54,934 nt of DNA, from NCBI GenBank assembly GCA_018673485.1, contig JABHCP010000016.1, positions 1 to 54,934 of the forward strand, written 5' to 3'. Both the position numbers and the translations under genes were made by a program. The DNA is from Candidatus Uhrbacteria bacterium. GTDB taxonomy: Bacteria; Patescibacteriota; Patescibacteriia; UBA9934. The notes under the pieces are model-generated. The model was not told where the DNA came from and made no database searches. It was given only the letters and a program-made list of their open reading frames with translations. Position 1 is the stretch's first letter, and each line of letters begins with the position of its first letter. Below are positions 1 to 10,100 of this stretch, piece after piece.

Positions 1-10
1 AATCTAGCCT

Positions 11-31
11 CCCCTCCTTCCCAAGGAGGGG
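11..31. repeat. REP-like palindrome CCCCTCCTT-CCC-AAGGAGGGG just downstream of uvrB
   Basis: Perfect 9-bp inverted arms; element may continue beyond the window edge. Confidence 0.5.
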
Positions 32-47
32 CTGGGGGTGGTTGCCG

Positions 48-2057
48 TTATTTTTTATTCTTTATCAGCTCCTCCTCTAGAACCTTAATTTCATCACGAA
101 GTAGTGCCGCAGTTTCAAACAGTAAGTTTGCAGAAGCCTGCTTCATCTCCTCACGCTTTTCTTTAATTACTTTTTTTAGCTCGTGTGGCTCTGCGGTCAT
201 CTCGATTTTTAAAATATCTTTAATATCCTGACTCGATTCACCTGACATTAACATTTCACGAATATCTTCAATTGATTTACTGATGGTCTTTGGTGTAATC
301 CCATGCTTTTTATTGTACGCGAGCTGTATATCACGACGACGGTCCGTCTCCTCAATCGCTCGGGTTAAAGACCCGGTCATCTTGTCGGCATAAAGTATAA
401 CTTCACCATCAGCATTTCGCGCAGCACGCCCAATTGTTTGCACAAGCGATGTTTCTGATCGAAGAAAACCTTCCTTGTCAGCGTCGAGAATTGCAACTAG
501 TGATACCTCTGGAAGATCCAGCCCTTCACGCAACAAGTTGACACCAACGACAACATCATACGTTCCACGTCGAAGGTCCGTAAGAATTTCCACACGGTCA
601 AAGGTCTTAATATCTGAATGTATGTACTGTACTTTCACGCCTTCGCCCTCCAAATATTGACTCAGATCTTCGGCCATCTTCTTTGTAAGCGTTGTAACAA
701 GCGTCCGCTCATTCTTTTGAACGCGACCCTTAATTCGCTCCATAAGATCATCAACCTGACCTGGTGCTCCATCCTTTTGCTCCGTAACTGGCTTGATTGT
801 GATAGTCGGATCAACAAGCCCTGTTGGCCGAACGATCTGCTCAACCACCTTTTCTGACATATCCAGCTCATATGGCCCCGGTGTTGCTGATATATAAATA
901 GTCTGAGCAGTCTTCTCTTCAAATTCAGAAAACTGTAATGGTCTATTGTCCTTTGCAGATGGCAATCTGAATCCATGATCAACCAATGTTGCCTTACGTG
1001 CCTTGTCCCCAAAATACATTCCACGGACCTGCGGCACTGTAACGTGAGACTCATCAATTACAACTAAGAAATCGTCTGGAAAGTAGTCCATTAATGTTTG
1101 TGGCGAGCTTCCTGGTGCACGTCCTTCAAATTGTGCTGAGTAATTCTCAATACCACTGCAATATCCAACATTGCGAATCATTTGAATATCATAATTTGTC
1201 CGACGCTTCAGTCTTTCATATTCAAGAACCTTTCCTTCTCGCTCAAGTTCCGTCAATCTATCCTCAAGCTCGGACTCAATGGACTTTATTGCGCGAGAAA
1301 TCGTATCCTTATCTACAACATAGTGACGAGCTGGAAAAATCCAAGCATCTTTTGACTCCTCTTGTATGCGACGGGTCACGGGGTCGAGCAAAAAGATCTG
1401 CGATATCTTCTGATCGTCTAAAATAATTCTAAATATAAATGAGTTATCAGAAACTGGCATAAGCTCGAGCACATCACCATGAATCCTAAAACTCCCACGC
1501 TTAACATCAGCATTAGTGCGCTCATACTGCATGTTTATTAGCTCACGCATGAGTGTAGTTCGATCAACCTCCTCTCCAACACGCAAATGCTTCACTTCTT
1601 TTTGATACTGCTTTGGTGATCCAAGGTTATAAATACAAGATACTGAAGAAACGATGATCACATCCTTACGGCTCAAAACTGACTGAGTCGCAGCATGACG
1701 CAATCGATCAATCTCGTCATTGATCTGCGCTTCTTTTTCAATATACGTGTCAGTACGCGGCATGTAAGCCTCGGGCTGATAGTAATCATAGTAAGAAACA
1801 AAGTACTCGACTTTATTATCGGGAAAAAACTGCCGGAATTCGTTACATAGTTGCGCCGCGAGCGTCTTGTTGTGCGCAATTATCAAAGTTGGCTTCTGAA
1901 CCTTCTCAATCACATTAGCAATCGTAAACGTCTTTCCAGATCCAGTAACTCCAAGCAAGGTCTGCTTATCCAGACCTTCATTTATTCCTTTGGTTAACCC
2001 CTCAATAGCCTGAGGCTGATCACCAGAAGGTTGGAAGTTTGATTTGAGTTTAAACAT
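48..2057 (-). CDS. uvrB: Excinuclease ABC subunit B
   Basis: GVTGSGKT Walker A, HNKTLAAQL, YYDYYQPEAY beta-hairpin, DESH, GRAARN, C-terminal UVR motif; start set at MFKLKS. Confidence 0.98.
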   Translation of the reverse strand: MFKLKSNFQPSGDQPQAIEGLTKGINEGLDKQTLLGVTGSGKTFTIANVIEKVQKPTLIIAHNKTLAAQLCNEFRQFFPDNKVEYFVSYYDYYQPEAYMPRTDTYIEKEAQINDEIDRLRHAATQSVLSRKDVIIVSSVSCIYNLGSPKQYQKEVKHLRVGEEVDRTTLMRELINMQYERTNADVKRGSFRIHGDVLELMPVSDNSFIFRIILDDQKISQIFLLDPVTRRIQEESKDAWIFPARHYVVDKDTISRAIKSIESELEDRLTELEREGKVLEYERLKRRTNYDIQMIRNVGYCSGIENYSAQFEGRAPGSSPQTLMDYFPDDFLVVIDESHVTVPQVRGMYFGDKARKATLVDHGFRLPSAKDNRPLQFSEFEEKTAQTIYISATPGPYELDMSEKVVEQIVRPTGLVDPTITIKPVTEQKDGAPGQVDDLMERIKGRVQKNERTLVTTLTKKMAEDLSQYLEGEGVKVQYIHSDIKTFDRVEILTDLRRGTYDVVVGVNLLREGLDLPEVSLVAILDADKEGFLRSETSLVQTIGRAARNADGEVILYADKMTGSLTRAIEETDRRRDIQLAYNKKHGITPKTISKSIEDIREMLMSGESSQDIKDILKIEMTAEPHELKKVIKEKREEMKQASANLLFETAALLRDEIKVLEEELIKNKK

Positions 2058-2218
2058 ACAATGATCCAAATATGGAAATATATAAAGACACCAGATCTCC
2101 GTTTTGCTAGGGGGTATACAAACCTCCTACAAGTTGGGATCTGGTTGTACAAGAATGATAGCACCTTGAGCCAACTTTGCAACTTCACTAGTTTTAGCCC
2201 TAAATTTAAGGCTGTTGG

Positions 2219-2247
2219 TTGACAAAAGGCGTTTTTTCTGCTATAGT
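2219..2247 (+). promoter_or_regulatory. Sigma70-type promoter with extended -10
   Basis: TTGACA-N17-TATAGT with TG immediately upstream (TGn). Confidence 0.8.
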
Positions 2248-2316
2248 TACTGGCTTTCTCGATCTCGAGACAAGCTCCCCCAAGCACCTGGGAGACCCCC
2301 AGGGAAAGGCTCAGCA

Positions 2317-2907
2317 ATGAGCACCGACAGCAAGACCGTCCTCAACGCCCTCCAAGCCCTCATCGAAACGGCCGCCGCAGGAACCAACCCGCGGATCAAC
2401 GCCGAGTACGTCGAAGGCATGGTACGAGTGAAGCCCGACGGCACCAACCGAGGCAGCTACGTCGAGGGCGTGAACACCCTCGAGGCCACCAAGCGGCTCC
2501 TGGAGCAGCTCGGGTGGACGCTCGTGGCCCACGAAGACCTGCCCGAAGGTGTGGCCTTCCCGCCGGCGTCCTACTTCTGCGCCGAACTACCCGAGGGAAT
2601 GACAGCGCGCACCGGGATGATCCTCTACAAGGATCTCTCGGGCGAGCAGAAGAGCCAGGTCCAACTGGTCGAAGGCGACCACGGTCCCGAGATGGTGCTC
2701 CGGTGGTCTGGCCCCCTGGCCACCACCACCCAGGTCTGGGCCATCATCGGAACAGACGGCTGGATGCTCTGGTCGTGGTACCCCGCGCCCCTCGCGCCCC
2801 GGTACAACGGGCTCTTCGACGCCCTGCGAACCCTCTTCCGCGGCGAGACAATTGACCACGAGAGCATGGCCAAGATCGAAGCCCTGCCCGTGAAGTTGCT
2901 CTGCTAG
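2317..2907 (+). CDS. Hypothetical protein (GC-rich stand-alone gene)
   Basis: 196-aa ORF with strongly G/C-ending codons, GGGAAAGG upstream of ATG, dedicated promoter; no recognisable motif. Confidence 0.8.
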   Translation: MSTDSKTVLNALQALIETAAAGTNPRINAEYVEGMVRVKPDGTNRGSYVEGVNTLEATKRLLEQLGWTLVAHEDLPEGVAFPPASYFCAELPEGMTARTGMILYKDLSGEQKSQVQLVEGDHGPEMVLRWSGPLATTTQVWAIIGTDGWMLWSWYPAPLAPRYNGLFDALRTLFRGETIDHESMAKIEALPVKLLC

Positions 2908-3095
2908 CAGCACCGGAGCTCGTTGACTCCTTAAAAACAACCATCGCAGCAAGCTATGCGCGCTGCACATGGGATAATCGATTGTTGGCACAAACCAACT
3001 GGAACATCGATTAATCAAAGACCTAAAAATCCAACAGATCCAGGTATGTACCTGTCGATCAACCGGATAAGGCAAACACCCAAAGTTCCCAACGT

Positions 3096-3125
3096 ACCCT
3101 GCGATTCGTATCGTAGGGTTCTTTA
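3096..3125 (+). terminator. Intrinsic terminator-like hairpin
   Basis: ACCCTGCGAT-TCGT-ATCGTAGGGT (one G-U on + strand) followed by TCTTT. Confidence 0.55.
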
Positions 3126-3135
3126 GTTGCAAAGC

Positions 3136-3164
3136 AAAAGAACTGAGATGAGCCCAGTTCTTTT
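3136..3164 (-). terminator. Intrinsic terminator of lipoprotein gene
   Basis: AAAAGAACTG...CAGTTCTTTT inverted repeat just after the stop at 3183. Confidence 0.55.
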
Positions 3165-3182
3165 AAATATCAAAGTTCAAGT

Positions 3183-3668
3183 CTACTTAACGTATGTTGA
3201 GATTGTATAGAAGCTGCAATTAAGTCCATCATCAAAGCAAACATCAAATGCACCCCTCCAAGTACCACTCTCCAATGCTACTGCGTGGAAAGTTACGGTC
3301 GATCCACCAACTGGCACATCAGTTAATAGTGTATGTGTATATGTTCCATCATCAAGCAAAAATGCATCAGAAAAATCTGGGGTTGATGATGTAATTGCTA
3401 CTCCTTCCAAATATGTTGCTCCAATATCAATACTGTGCAAAATTTGAGTCTCATCAGCGTCATGTGTGATTGTTGCCACTACATCAAACTCCTCTCCCAC
3501 ATCAACGGCAGATGGCACACTAATACTCGCCTCCGGAATGGAATCATACTCTCCCCATGAATAATCATATTCAGCTGAGTCGTCAGAGCTCCACTCATAG
3601 GACTTTTCGCAACTCGCTCCCATTAACACTAGAGCGAACACGCTCATCAATAGTACTGCTTTTTTCAT
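3183..3668 (-). CDS. Predicted lipoprotein with a beta-sandwich-like domain
   Basis: MKK + hydrophobic stretch + LMGASC lipobox; acidic beta-rich mature region. Confidence 0.75.
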   Translation of the reverse strand: MKKAVLLMSVFALVLMGASCEKSYEWSSDDSAEYDYSWGEYDSIPEASISVPSAVDVGEEFDVVATITHDADETQILHSIDIGATYLEGVAITSSTPDFSDAFLLDDGTYTHTLLTDVPVGGSTVTFHAVALESGTWRGAFDVCFDDGLNCSFYTISTYVK

Positions 3669-3733
3669 AATACTTTGTTTATAATTATCTTAAATATTAT
3701 ACAAGAGACTCACAACGTCTGAAAGCCCGCTTA

Positions 3734-4753
3734 TTAATAAGTGTAATCCTGCTCATCAATCTGATCGAAGAGAAAGATTTGAGGCTCAGAGCCATAATCT
3801 TCACGCCAAATATCAGCAATCTCTGTGTACGATGCAAAAACAACATTTTCCTCGTCTTTGATGCCATTGAGCATTCTAATAATCTCAGCGGCTTCTGTTG
3901 CTCCACCAAAAAGACTTGATTGTGGAATTGGGATAGCGGCAGTAAGCATCTGATTCTCTACTCTGCCGTCGTCGATATACTTCAATAGTACTTTTATATA
4001 ATCAGCCTCGGTCGCAAATAAATTATCGTTTCGTCTCCCATTGCGATTCGCGTGTGGACCAGAGCCGATCGTTATCATTCGTCCCTCAAAATCATGAACT
4101 GTGAAGTCGTCCCCAGTGCCGGCTGGAATCCAGACACCTGACGTAGCGTCATCATCACTAAAATCTCCCAGATGATGATTGTACCCAACTGCACCACTAA
4201 TTATCTCGGGGCAAAAAGTAAAATCTGTGTGCGTATCCCCTTGCTGGCATGCATCGAATTCCTCAAACTGAGGCTCGTAATCCCAAACAACACCAACCAT
4301 GTCAGTAATATCATCAGTGACTAATTCACCGACGTATCTTGTATCTGCATAATTATATTCACTCTTCCAATCCCAGGCACCCTCGTGATGAGGATCAATT
4401 TCAAAGTCATATTCGTCAACCAAGAACTGAACAACGTTCTTTCCATCAGTTAATTCCTGCATTTCACCTGTCTCGCAGTTCAACACACCTTCAAAATATT
4501 GATAAGAAGCTTGCAGATTTAACTTATAACCATTCTCATGCAAGATACTTGAAAACTCCAACAATCGATCGCGATAGTCCTCATAAGGAAGACAACTTGT
4601 ATAAATGTCACCCTCCTCGATATGCGCCATCAACGTTACATAAACCTTTGATTCTGGCTCCTGATCCTTCTGCATTAAAAATGCAGCCAGAAAACAAAAA
4701 ACGATCAATACGATCGCGACACTTGTAAAAATATATATCTTCTTCATACCCAC
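3734..4753 (-). CDS. Membrane-anchored hypothetical protein, possibly polysaccharide-deacetylase-like barrel
   Basis: N-terminal TM helix; AHIEE and IDPHHE putative metal-binding motifs; fold is inferred. Confidence 0.6.
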   Translation of the reverse strand: MGMKKIYIFTSVAIVLIVFCFLAAFLMQKDQEPESKVYVTLMAHIEEGDIYTSCLPYEDYRDRLLEFSSILHENGYKLNLQASYQYFEGVLNCETGEMQELTDGKNVVQFLVDEYDFEIDPHHEGAWDWKSEYNYADTRYVGELVTDDITDMVGVVWDYEPQFEEFDACQQGDTHTDFTFCPEIISGAVGYNHHLGDFSDDDATSGVWIPAGTGDDFTVHDFEGRMITIGSGPHANRNGRRNDNLFATEADYIKVLLKYIDDGRVENQMLTAAIPIPQSSLFGGATEAAEIIRMLNGIKDEENVVFASYTEIADIWREDYGSEPQIFLFDQIDEQDYTY

Positions 4754-4786
4754 ACATTGTATCGCCTATGAAGCGTTTAGAGAAGC

Positions 4787-5266
4787 TCAGCCAAAACGTA
4801 ACTTTTGTGCACCGGTGTAGGCTACAGCTAGTGCGTCTGCGGCGTCATCTGGCTTTGGTATTTCATTTAATTTAAAGATTGTCTTAACCATCTCCTGCAC
4901 CTGTTGTTTTTCTGCTTTTCCATAACCAGTGACTGCGACCTTAACTTCGTTTGGCTTCACTCCTATAACTTGAATGCCTGATTTTGCTGCTAGGTATTGA
5001 ATCATGCCACGCACCTCCGCTACCTGCAAAGCAGTTGTGGTACTTTTTGCAAAAAATAACTCCTCAAGCGCCAAGGCTTGAGGCTTAAATGTATCAATAA
5101 GCTCCTGAACGTCTCGACCAATCTCGAGCAATCGAACCTCAAAATCCAAACCAGCGTCAGAGGTCATTACACCATGATGAACACATTCCCAATCCCTACC
5201 TTGCAGCTCAATAACTCCAAAACCACAACGACCATAGCCTGGATCGATACCCAAAACTCTACTCAT
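4787..5266 (-). CDS. ruvC: Holliday junction resolvase RuvC
   Basis: VLGIDPG, ALEELFF, GYGKAEKQQV, PDDAADALAVA. Confidence 0.97.
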   Translation of the reverse strand: MSRVLGIDPGYGRCGFGVIELQGRDWECVHHGVMTSDAGLDFEVRLLEIGRDVQELIDTFKPQALALEELFFAKSTTTALQVAEVRGMIQYLAAKSGIQVIGVKPNEVKVAVTGYGKAEKQQVQEMVKTIFKLNEIPKPDDAADALAVAYTGAQKLRFG

Positions 5267-6281
5267 ACCGAACCTTCCCAGTGTTAATGATCAACTTCTT
5301 TTCTTCTTGAGGAACTTCTTCTTTCATCTGCAACAACATTGCAAGCCCTGCAATGCCTGACGGCTCACATACTAGATTGTTCATCTCTGCAATCTTCATA
5401 GCTTCTTGCAAGTATTCCTCACGCACAATACCAACACGCGACTTAGCGCCGATATGCCCCTTACGCTTTGCAAGATTGATCCAATGCGGATCAAGATGTA
5501 CAAAAGGTAAATGTGGAGAGTACAACTTGTCGGCAATACTGCTTGGATTATTGGTTGTTGCACCTACAAAATGGCACTTACCTATCTTGCGATGGTCACC
5601 CTTAAAGCGCTTATCATGGAATACGAATGATGAGGCTTCTCGCTGAGCGATATTAACAATGTTCTCATACAAGTGTCCTGTGCCATATGGCACAAAAACC
5701 CATTCTGGATTTTGATTCAAAATATCGTAGCTCATCCAGTCATAAAACACATCAAATGGCCCTAATGCCTCATCTGACGTGATATCAATCCCCCCATCAT
5801 TATCTGTTAGCTTTAAAATGTCTTCTGTTAACAAAACGCGCTTATCTAGATCGGTCTCGTAAACCTCACAGCCGATATTTTCAAGATACTTTTTAACCTT
5901 ATCATCGAGACCGAAATGAACTAAGACTTTTAAATTAGGCAGATCATATTTCGACAGCATTGACTGAACAGCAACGGCAGCCGAACCCGAAGAGATGATC
6001 GACATTTGCGGTAAATAGTTCGTCACTCCTGACTCCTTTGCTAACAAAAGATTTTTGAATGTAACAACCATCTCCCAAGCCATGCGATCTTTATGTGTGC
6101 CAGTTGGATTCACGCTCTCGTCCTTAACCCAAACATTCTTCATGCCAGGAACCTGAATCTCAAATGTTGGTGTTGAAGGATAGTGAGGATCACCAGGAGG
6201 AAACTCTGGTTTTTTGGGATCATTATCAGATGGCACATGGATCGAATCCAGAATCTGTTGTTCTTTTTCTGTAAGTGACAT
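5259..6281 (-). CDS. Fold-type II PLP-dependent enzyme (threonine synthase-like)
   Basis: WVKDESVNPTGTHKDR PLP-lysine motif, SSGSAA, VPYGTG, EPSG, INTG. Confidence 0.85.
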   Translation of the reverse strand: MSLTEKEQQILDSIHVPSDNDPKKPEFPPGDPHYPSTPTFEIQVPGMKNVWVKDESVNPTGTHKDRMAWEMVVTFKNLLLAKESGVTNYLPQMSIISSGSAAVAVQSMLSKYDLPNLKVLVHFGLDDKVKKYLENIGCEVYETDLDKRVLLTEDILKLTDNDGGIDITSDEALGPFDVFYDWMSYDILNQNPEWVFVPYGTGHLYENIVNIAQREASSFVFHDKRFKGDHRKIGKCHFVGATTNNPSSIADKLYSPHLPFVHLDPHWINLAKRKGHIGAKSRVGIVREEYLQEAMKIAEMNNLVCEPSGIAGLAMLLQMKEEVPQEEKKLIINTGKVRYE

Positions 6282-6295
6282 ATTCCAATCGTAAT

Positions 6296-7012
6296 TTACT
6301 CCGCGTTTGTAAATACCGCATCAACATCATCATCCTCCTCTAGCAAATCAATAAATTTCATCAGCCTGGCACCTTGGTCATCGGTGAGCTCAACTGTTAT
6401 ATTCGGAACGTATTCTAGCCCAGCGGCAGAGATTGCAAGTTCTAAAGCCTCAACCGCGTTTGATGTTTTCTTAAAATCTTGAACTTCTGAAGTTACGATT
6501 AAACCATCTACTTCATGCCAATCAATATCCATGGCGCCCGCATCAATTAGCTCAAGTTCAATAGAGTCTCGATCTTCGATCTTTGAAATATCCTCAACTC
6601 TTACCACAGCCCTTTGATCAAACTGCCACTTAACCTTAGCCTCCATATTTCCTCCATTCTTGTTGCTGGTGGTTTTAATATTAGTGTAAGCACGATTCGT
6701 ATTGTCGGTAAGTGCCACTATCAACATCGATACGCCGCCTGGGCCCATACATTCATATACTGCGTTTTCAAGCGCTGCCCCTTCGCCATCCCCTGCACCT
6801 CGAGAAATTGCTCGTTCTATATTATCCTTTGGCATGTTAACAGCCTTTGCTCTGTCCACTGCCAACCTTAGAGAAAAATTCATGGCAGGGTCCGAACCAT
6901 CACGTGCAGCAACCGAAATAAGCTTGGCAAGTTTTGAAAATGCCTTACCGCGCTTAGCGTCAGCTGCTCCTTTTTTGTGGCGAATAGACGCCCATTTACT
7001 ATGTCCTGACAT
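6296..7012 (-). CDS. yebC: YebC/PmpR family protein
   Basis: MSGHSKWASIRHKKG, NMPKDNIERAI, YECMGPGG, LEEDDDV. Confidence 0.96.
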   Translation of the reverse strand: MSGHSKWASIRHKKGAADAKRGKAFSKLAKLISVAARDGSDPAMNFSLRLAVDRAKAVNMPKDNIERAISRGAGDGEGAALENAVYECMGPGGVSMLIVALTDNTNRAYTNIKTTSNKNGGNMEAKVKWQFDQRAVVRVEDISKIEDRDSIELELIDAGAMDIDWHEVDGLIVTSEVQDFKKTSNAVEALELAISAAGLEYVPNITVELTDDQGARLMKFIDLLEEDDDVDAVFTNAE

Positions 7013-7024
7013 AAATGATAATTA

Positions 7025-7105
7025 TAGTATGCAGTAGACAGTATGCAGTATGCGGTTCACCTTAATTCGATCAACTGCCTACTGCATACCGCCTACTGTA
7101 TACTG
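7025..7105. repeat. Inverted array of heptamer repeats (CAGTATG-like x4 / CCTACTG-like x4)
   Basis: tagtatg-cagtaga-cagtatg-cagtatg-cggtt ... aactg-cctactg-cataccg-cctactg-tatactg. Confidence 0.8.
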
Positions 7106-7112
7106 TTTTTAC

Positions 7113-7146
7113 AAACAAACCGGCGCCCTCAATAGGCGCCGACTTA
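7113..7146 (-). terminator. rpoC intrinsic terminator
   Basis: CGGCGCC...GGCGCCG stem then T-rich tail on the minus strand. Confidence 0.65.
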
Positions 7147-7147
7147 T

Positions 7148-10100
7148 TTATTCTTCGTTTGTTTCCTTATCTCCATCGCCATCTTGAACTTCATCTTTTG
7201 AAGCTTCTTCTGCTTCCTTGATGATCTCTGGCGCTTCTATCTCGATCTTTACTTCATCTTTATCCTCTACCGCCGCACTTTCTTCCTCTACTTCAGGCAT
7301 GTCGATATAGTCATTATCATAACCAGTTCCTGCTGGAATCAAGCGACCAATGATAACATTTTCCTTTAGACCATTGAGCCCGTCAACCTTTCCAGTAACT
7401 GATGCATTGATAAGCACTCGAGCAGTCTCCTGGAATGAAGCGGCTGATAGCCATGACTCGGTAGACAGTGACACCTTAGTGATTCCAAGGAACATATCTT
7501 CATATTCCGCGACCTTCTTCTTATCCTTTTTAACACGACCATTTTCAGACTCCATAGAAGCACGCTCCACAACCTCACCTGGCAAAAAGTCTGAGTCCTT
7601 AGCGTCCAAAATGCGGACTCGGCTAAACATTTGTCTGGCAATGATCTCGATGTGTTTACTATTAAGCTTCTGACCCTGTGATGCGTATACCTCAGTAATC
7701 TGCTTTAGGATGTAATCCTGAACAGCCTCTCTTCCCTTGTACTTGAACAAGGCCTGAAGATCTAGGTGGCCTTCTGTTAGAGCATCACCCGCCAAGACCT
7801 CATCACCGTCTTTAACGTATAGAGTGTATCCCTGTGGAATAACGTACTCGCGAACCTTTGGTGCATCGTGGGTAACAGTAATCGTTGTCTTTTTTGCGAC
7901 AACAGCACCCTCAACGTCAGACAGAATTTTCTCTCCCGTTGTAGTCTCACCGATTACGTCCCCATGTCGCAACATGTCACCATCTTTGACCATCAATTTC
8001 CCACCACGACCAACTGAGAACTTCTTCTCTTCCATCGCAGTGTATCGAATTCTGATGATCGACTGACCTGGACGTACATCAACCATCTTCTTTCCAGTTC
8101 CAACCTGCTCGATTGTTCGTTCAGCACGTTCTATTGAAACACTTCCAGAAATTTCGGTCATTGTCGCCTTCTGCTTTGGCATTCGAGCTTCGAAAAGCTC
8201 TTCAACACGCGGAAGTCCAGAAGTAATATCTTTTCCAGCAACTCCTCCAGTGTGGAAAGTTCTCATCGTTAGCTGTGTTCCAGGCTCACCAATTGATTGC
8301 GCTGCAATAATTCCTACAGAAGTTCCCATCTTCACTGGCTTGTTGTAAGCCAGGTCATATCCATAACACTTCTTACAAACTCCACCGTATTCCTTACATG
8401 TAAGTAAGTATCGAATGTGAGCTTCTTCCAAATCTTTTTTACCACTTTGCAATGTTCGAATGTGGTCTTCTTTAATAAGCTCTCCAGCCTCCACGATAGT
8501 CTTGCGACCACCTGGCATAATAATTGGCTTAAGTGCGGTTCGTCCCAGAATTCTGTCATAAATTGTTACTCCCATCTCCTCAGCTTGTGCCGTTGTAACA
8601 ACCATTCCCTCTTTATCGCCACAGTCCTCAGTTCGAACTACAACATCTTGCGCAACATCCACCAAACGACGTGTTAGATATCCCGCGTTTGCAGTCTTCA
8701 AAGCCGTATCAGTCAATCCTTTTCGCTGACCATGTGAAGAGATAAAGAATTCCAATACATCTACCCCTTCTTTAAATGATGATTTTACCGGAAGCTCGAT
8801 AGTCTCTCCAGACGCTGACGCCTTCAGACCAATCATTCCAATCATCTGTGTCATCTGACCCCAAGATCCACGCGCACCAGAATCAATCATAGTGTAGGCA
8901 GAGCTTCCAGATGGCAACATTCCCTTTGCGATATCAGCGATTCGATCTTTTACCTCAGCCCAAACTTTAATAATTTGTGTGTGTCGTTCACTCTGGGTTA
9001 GCAATCCTTGAGAGAAAAAGTCATCAATCTCTGCAATTCTCGCGTTTCCGTCGGTAATAATTTCCTTCTTTTGAGGAATCTCTGGCAACTCACTCATTCC
9101 CCATGAGTAACCTGACTTCTCAGCATACTTGAATCCTAGCTCCTTAAGCTGATCCAAAAGAATTGATGTGTACTCTGATCCGTGCTTCTCCAAAGTTTCA
9201 CGAACAATGTTCGCCAACTGCTTCTTACCCATTGTCTCGTTCATGAATGGAACAAAATCAGGGAATCGTTCATTCAAAATTATTCTTCCAACAGTTGTAA
9301 TTACCATTTCACCGTCTAGACGTGCACGAATCCACTTATGCAATTCCAACTTTTCTGCCTGATATGCATACTTAGCACTTCGAGCGTCAGCAAACGACTT
9401 TAGATTTTCCTCATCTGGCTCATCATATGTCATTGAAAGGTAATACGCACCCCAAGCAATATCTTTTCCTGGAGTAGCCACTGGTCCACCGTGGGACGGC
9501 TTCAAAAGGTTATGAGTTGAAAGCATCAACTCTTCAGCTTCACGATTTGCCTCCTTAGTAAGTGGAACGTGTACTGCCATTTGGTCCCCATCAAAGTCGG
9601 CGTTAAATGCGTCACAAACCATTGGGTGAACCTGAATTGCCTTACCCTCAACCAGCACAGGCCTAAATGCCTGAATACCAAGTCTATGGAGTGTAGGTGC
9701 ACGGTTAAGCATCACAAACGCACCTTGGACAACTTCTTCCAAAATATCCCAAACTTCTGGTCGATCTGATTCTATAAATCTATTCGCAGAGCGAATGTTG
9801 TGAACATACTCACGTGAAATAAGCTTTGAAATAACAAAAGGTCTAAACAGCTCAAGCGCCATCTTCTTAGGAATTCCACACTGATCAATACTAAGGTGTG
9901 GTCCCACAACAATCACTGATCGTCCTGAATAATCAATTCGCTTTCCAAGCAAGTTCTGCCTAAATCGTCCCTGCTTACCCTTTAGAATATCTGCCAATGA
10001 CTTCAACTGACGCTTTCGTCCGGTTGCAGCAATAACAGTCTTAGAGCTCCTAGCAGAGTTATCAATGAGTGAATCCACCGCTTCTTGAAGCATTCGCTTC

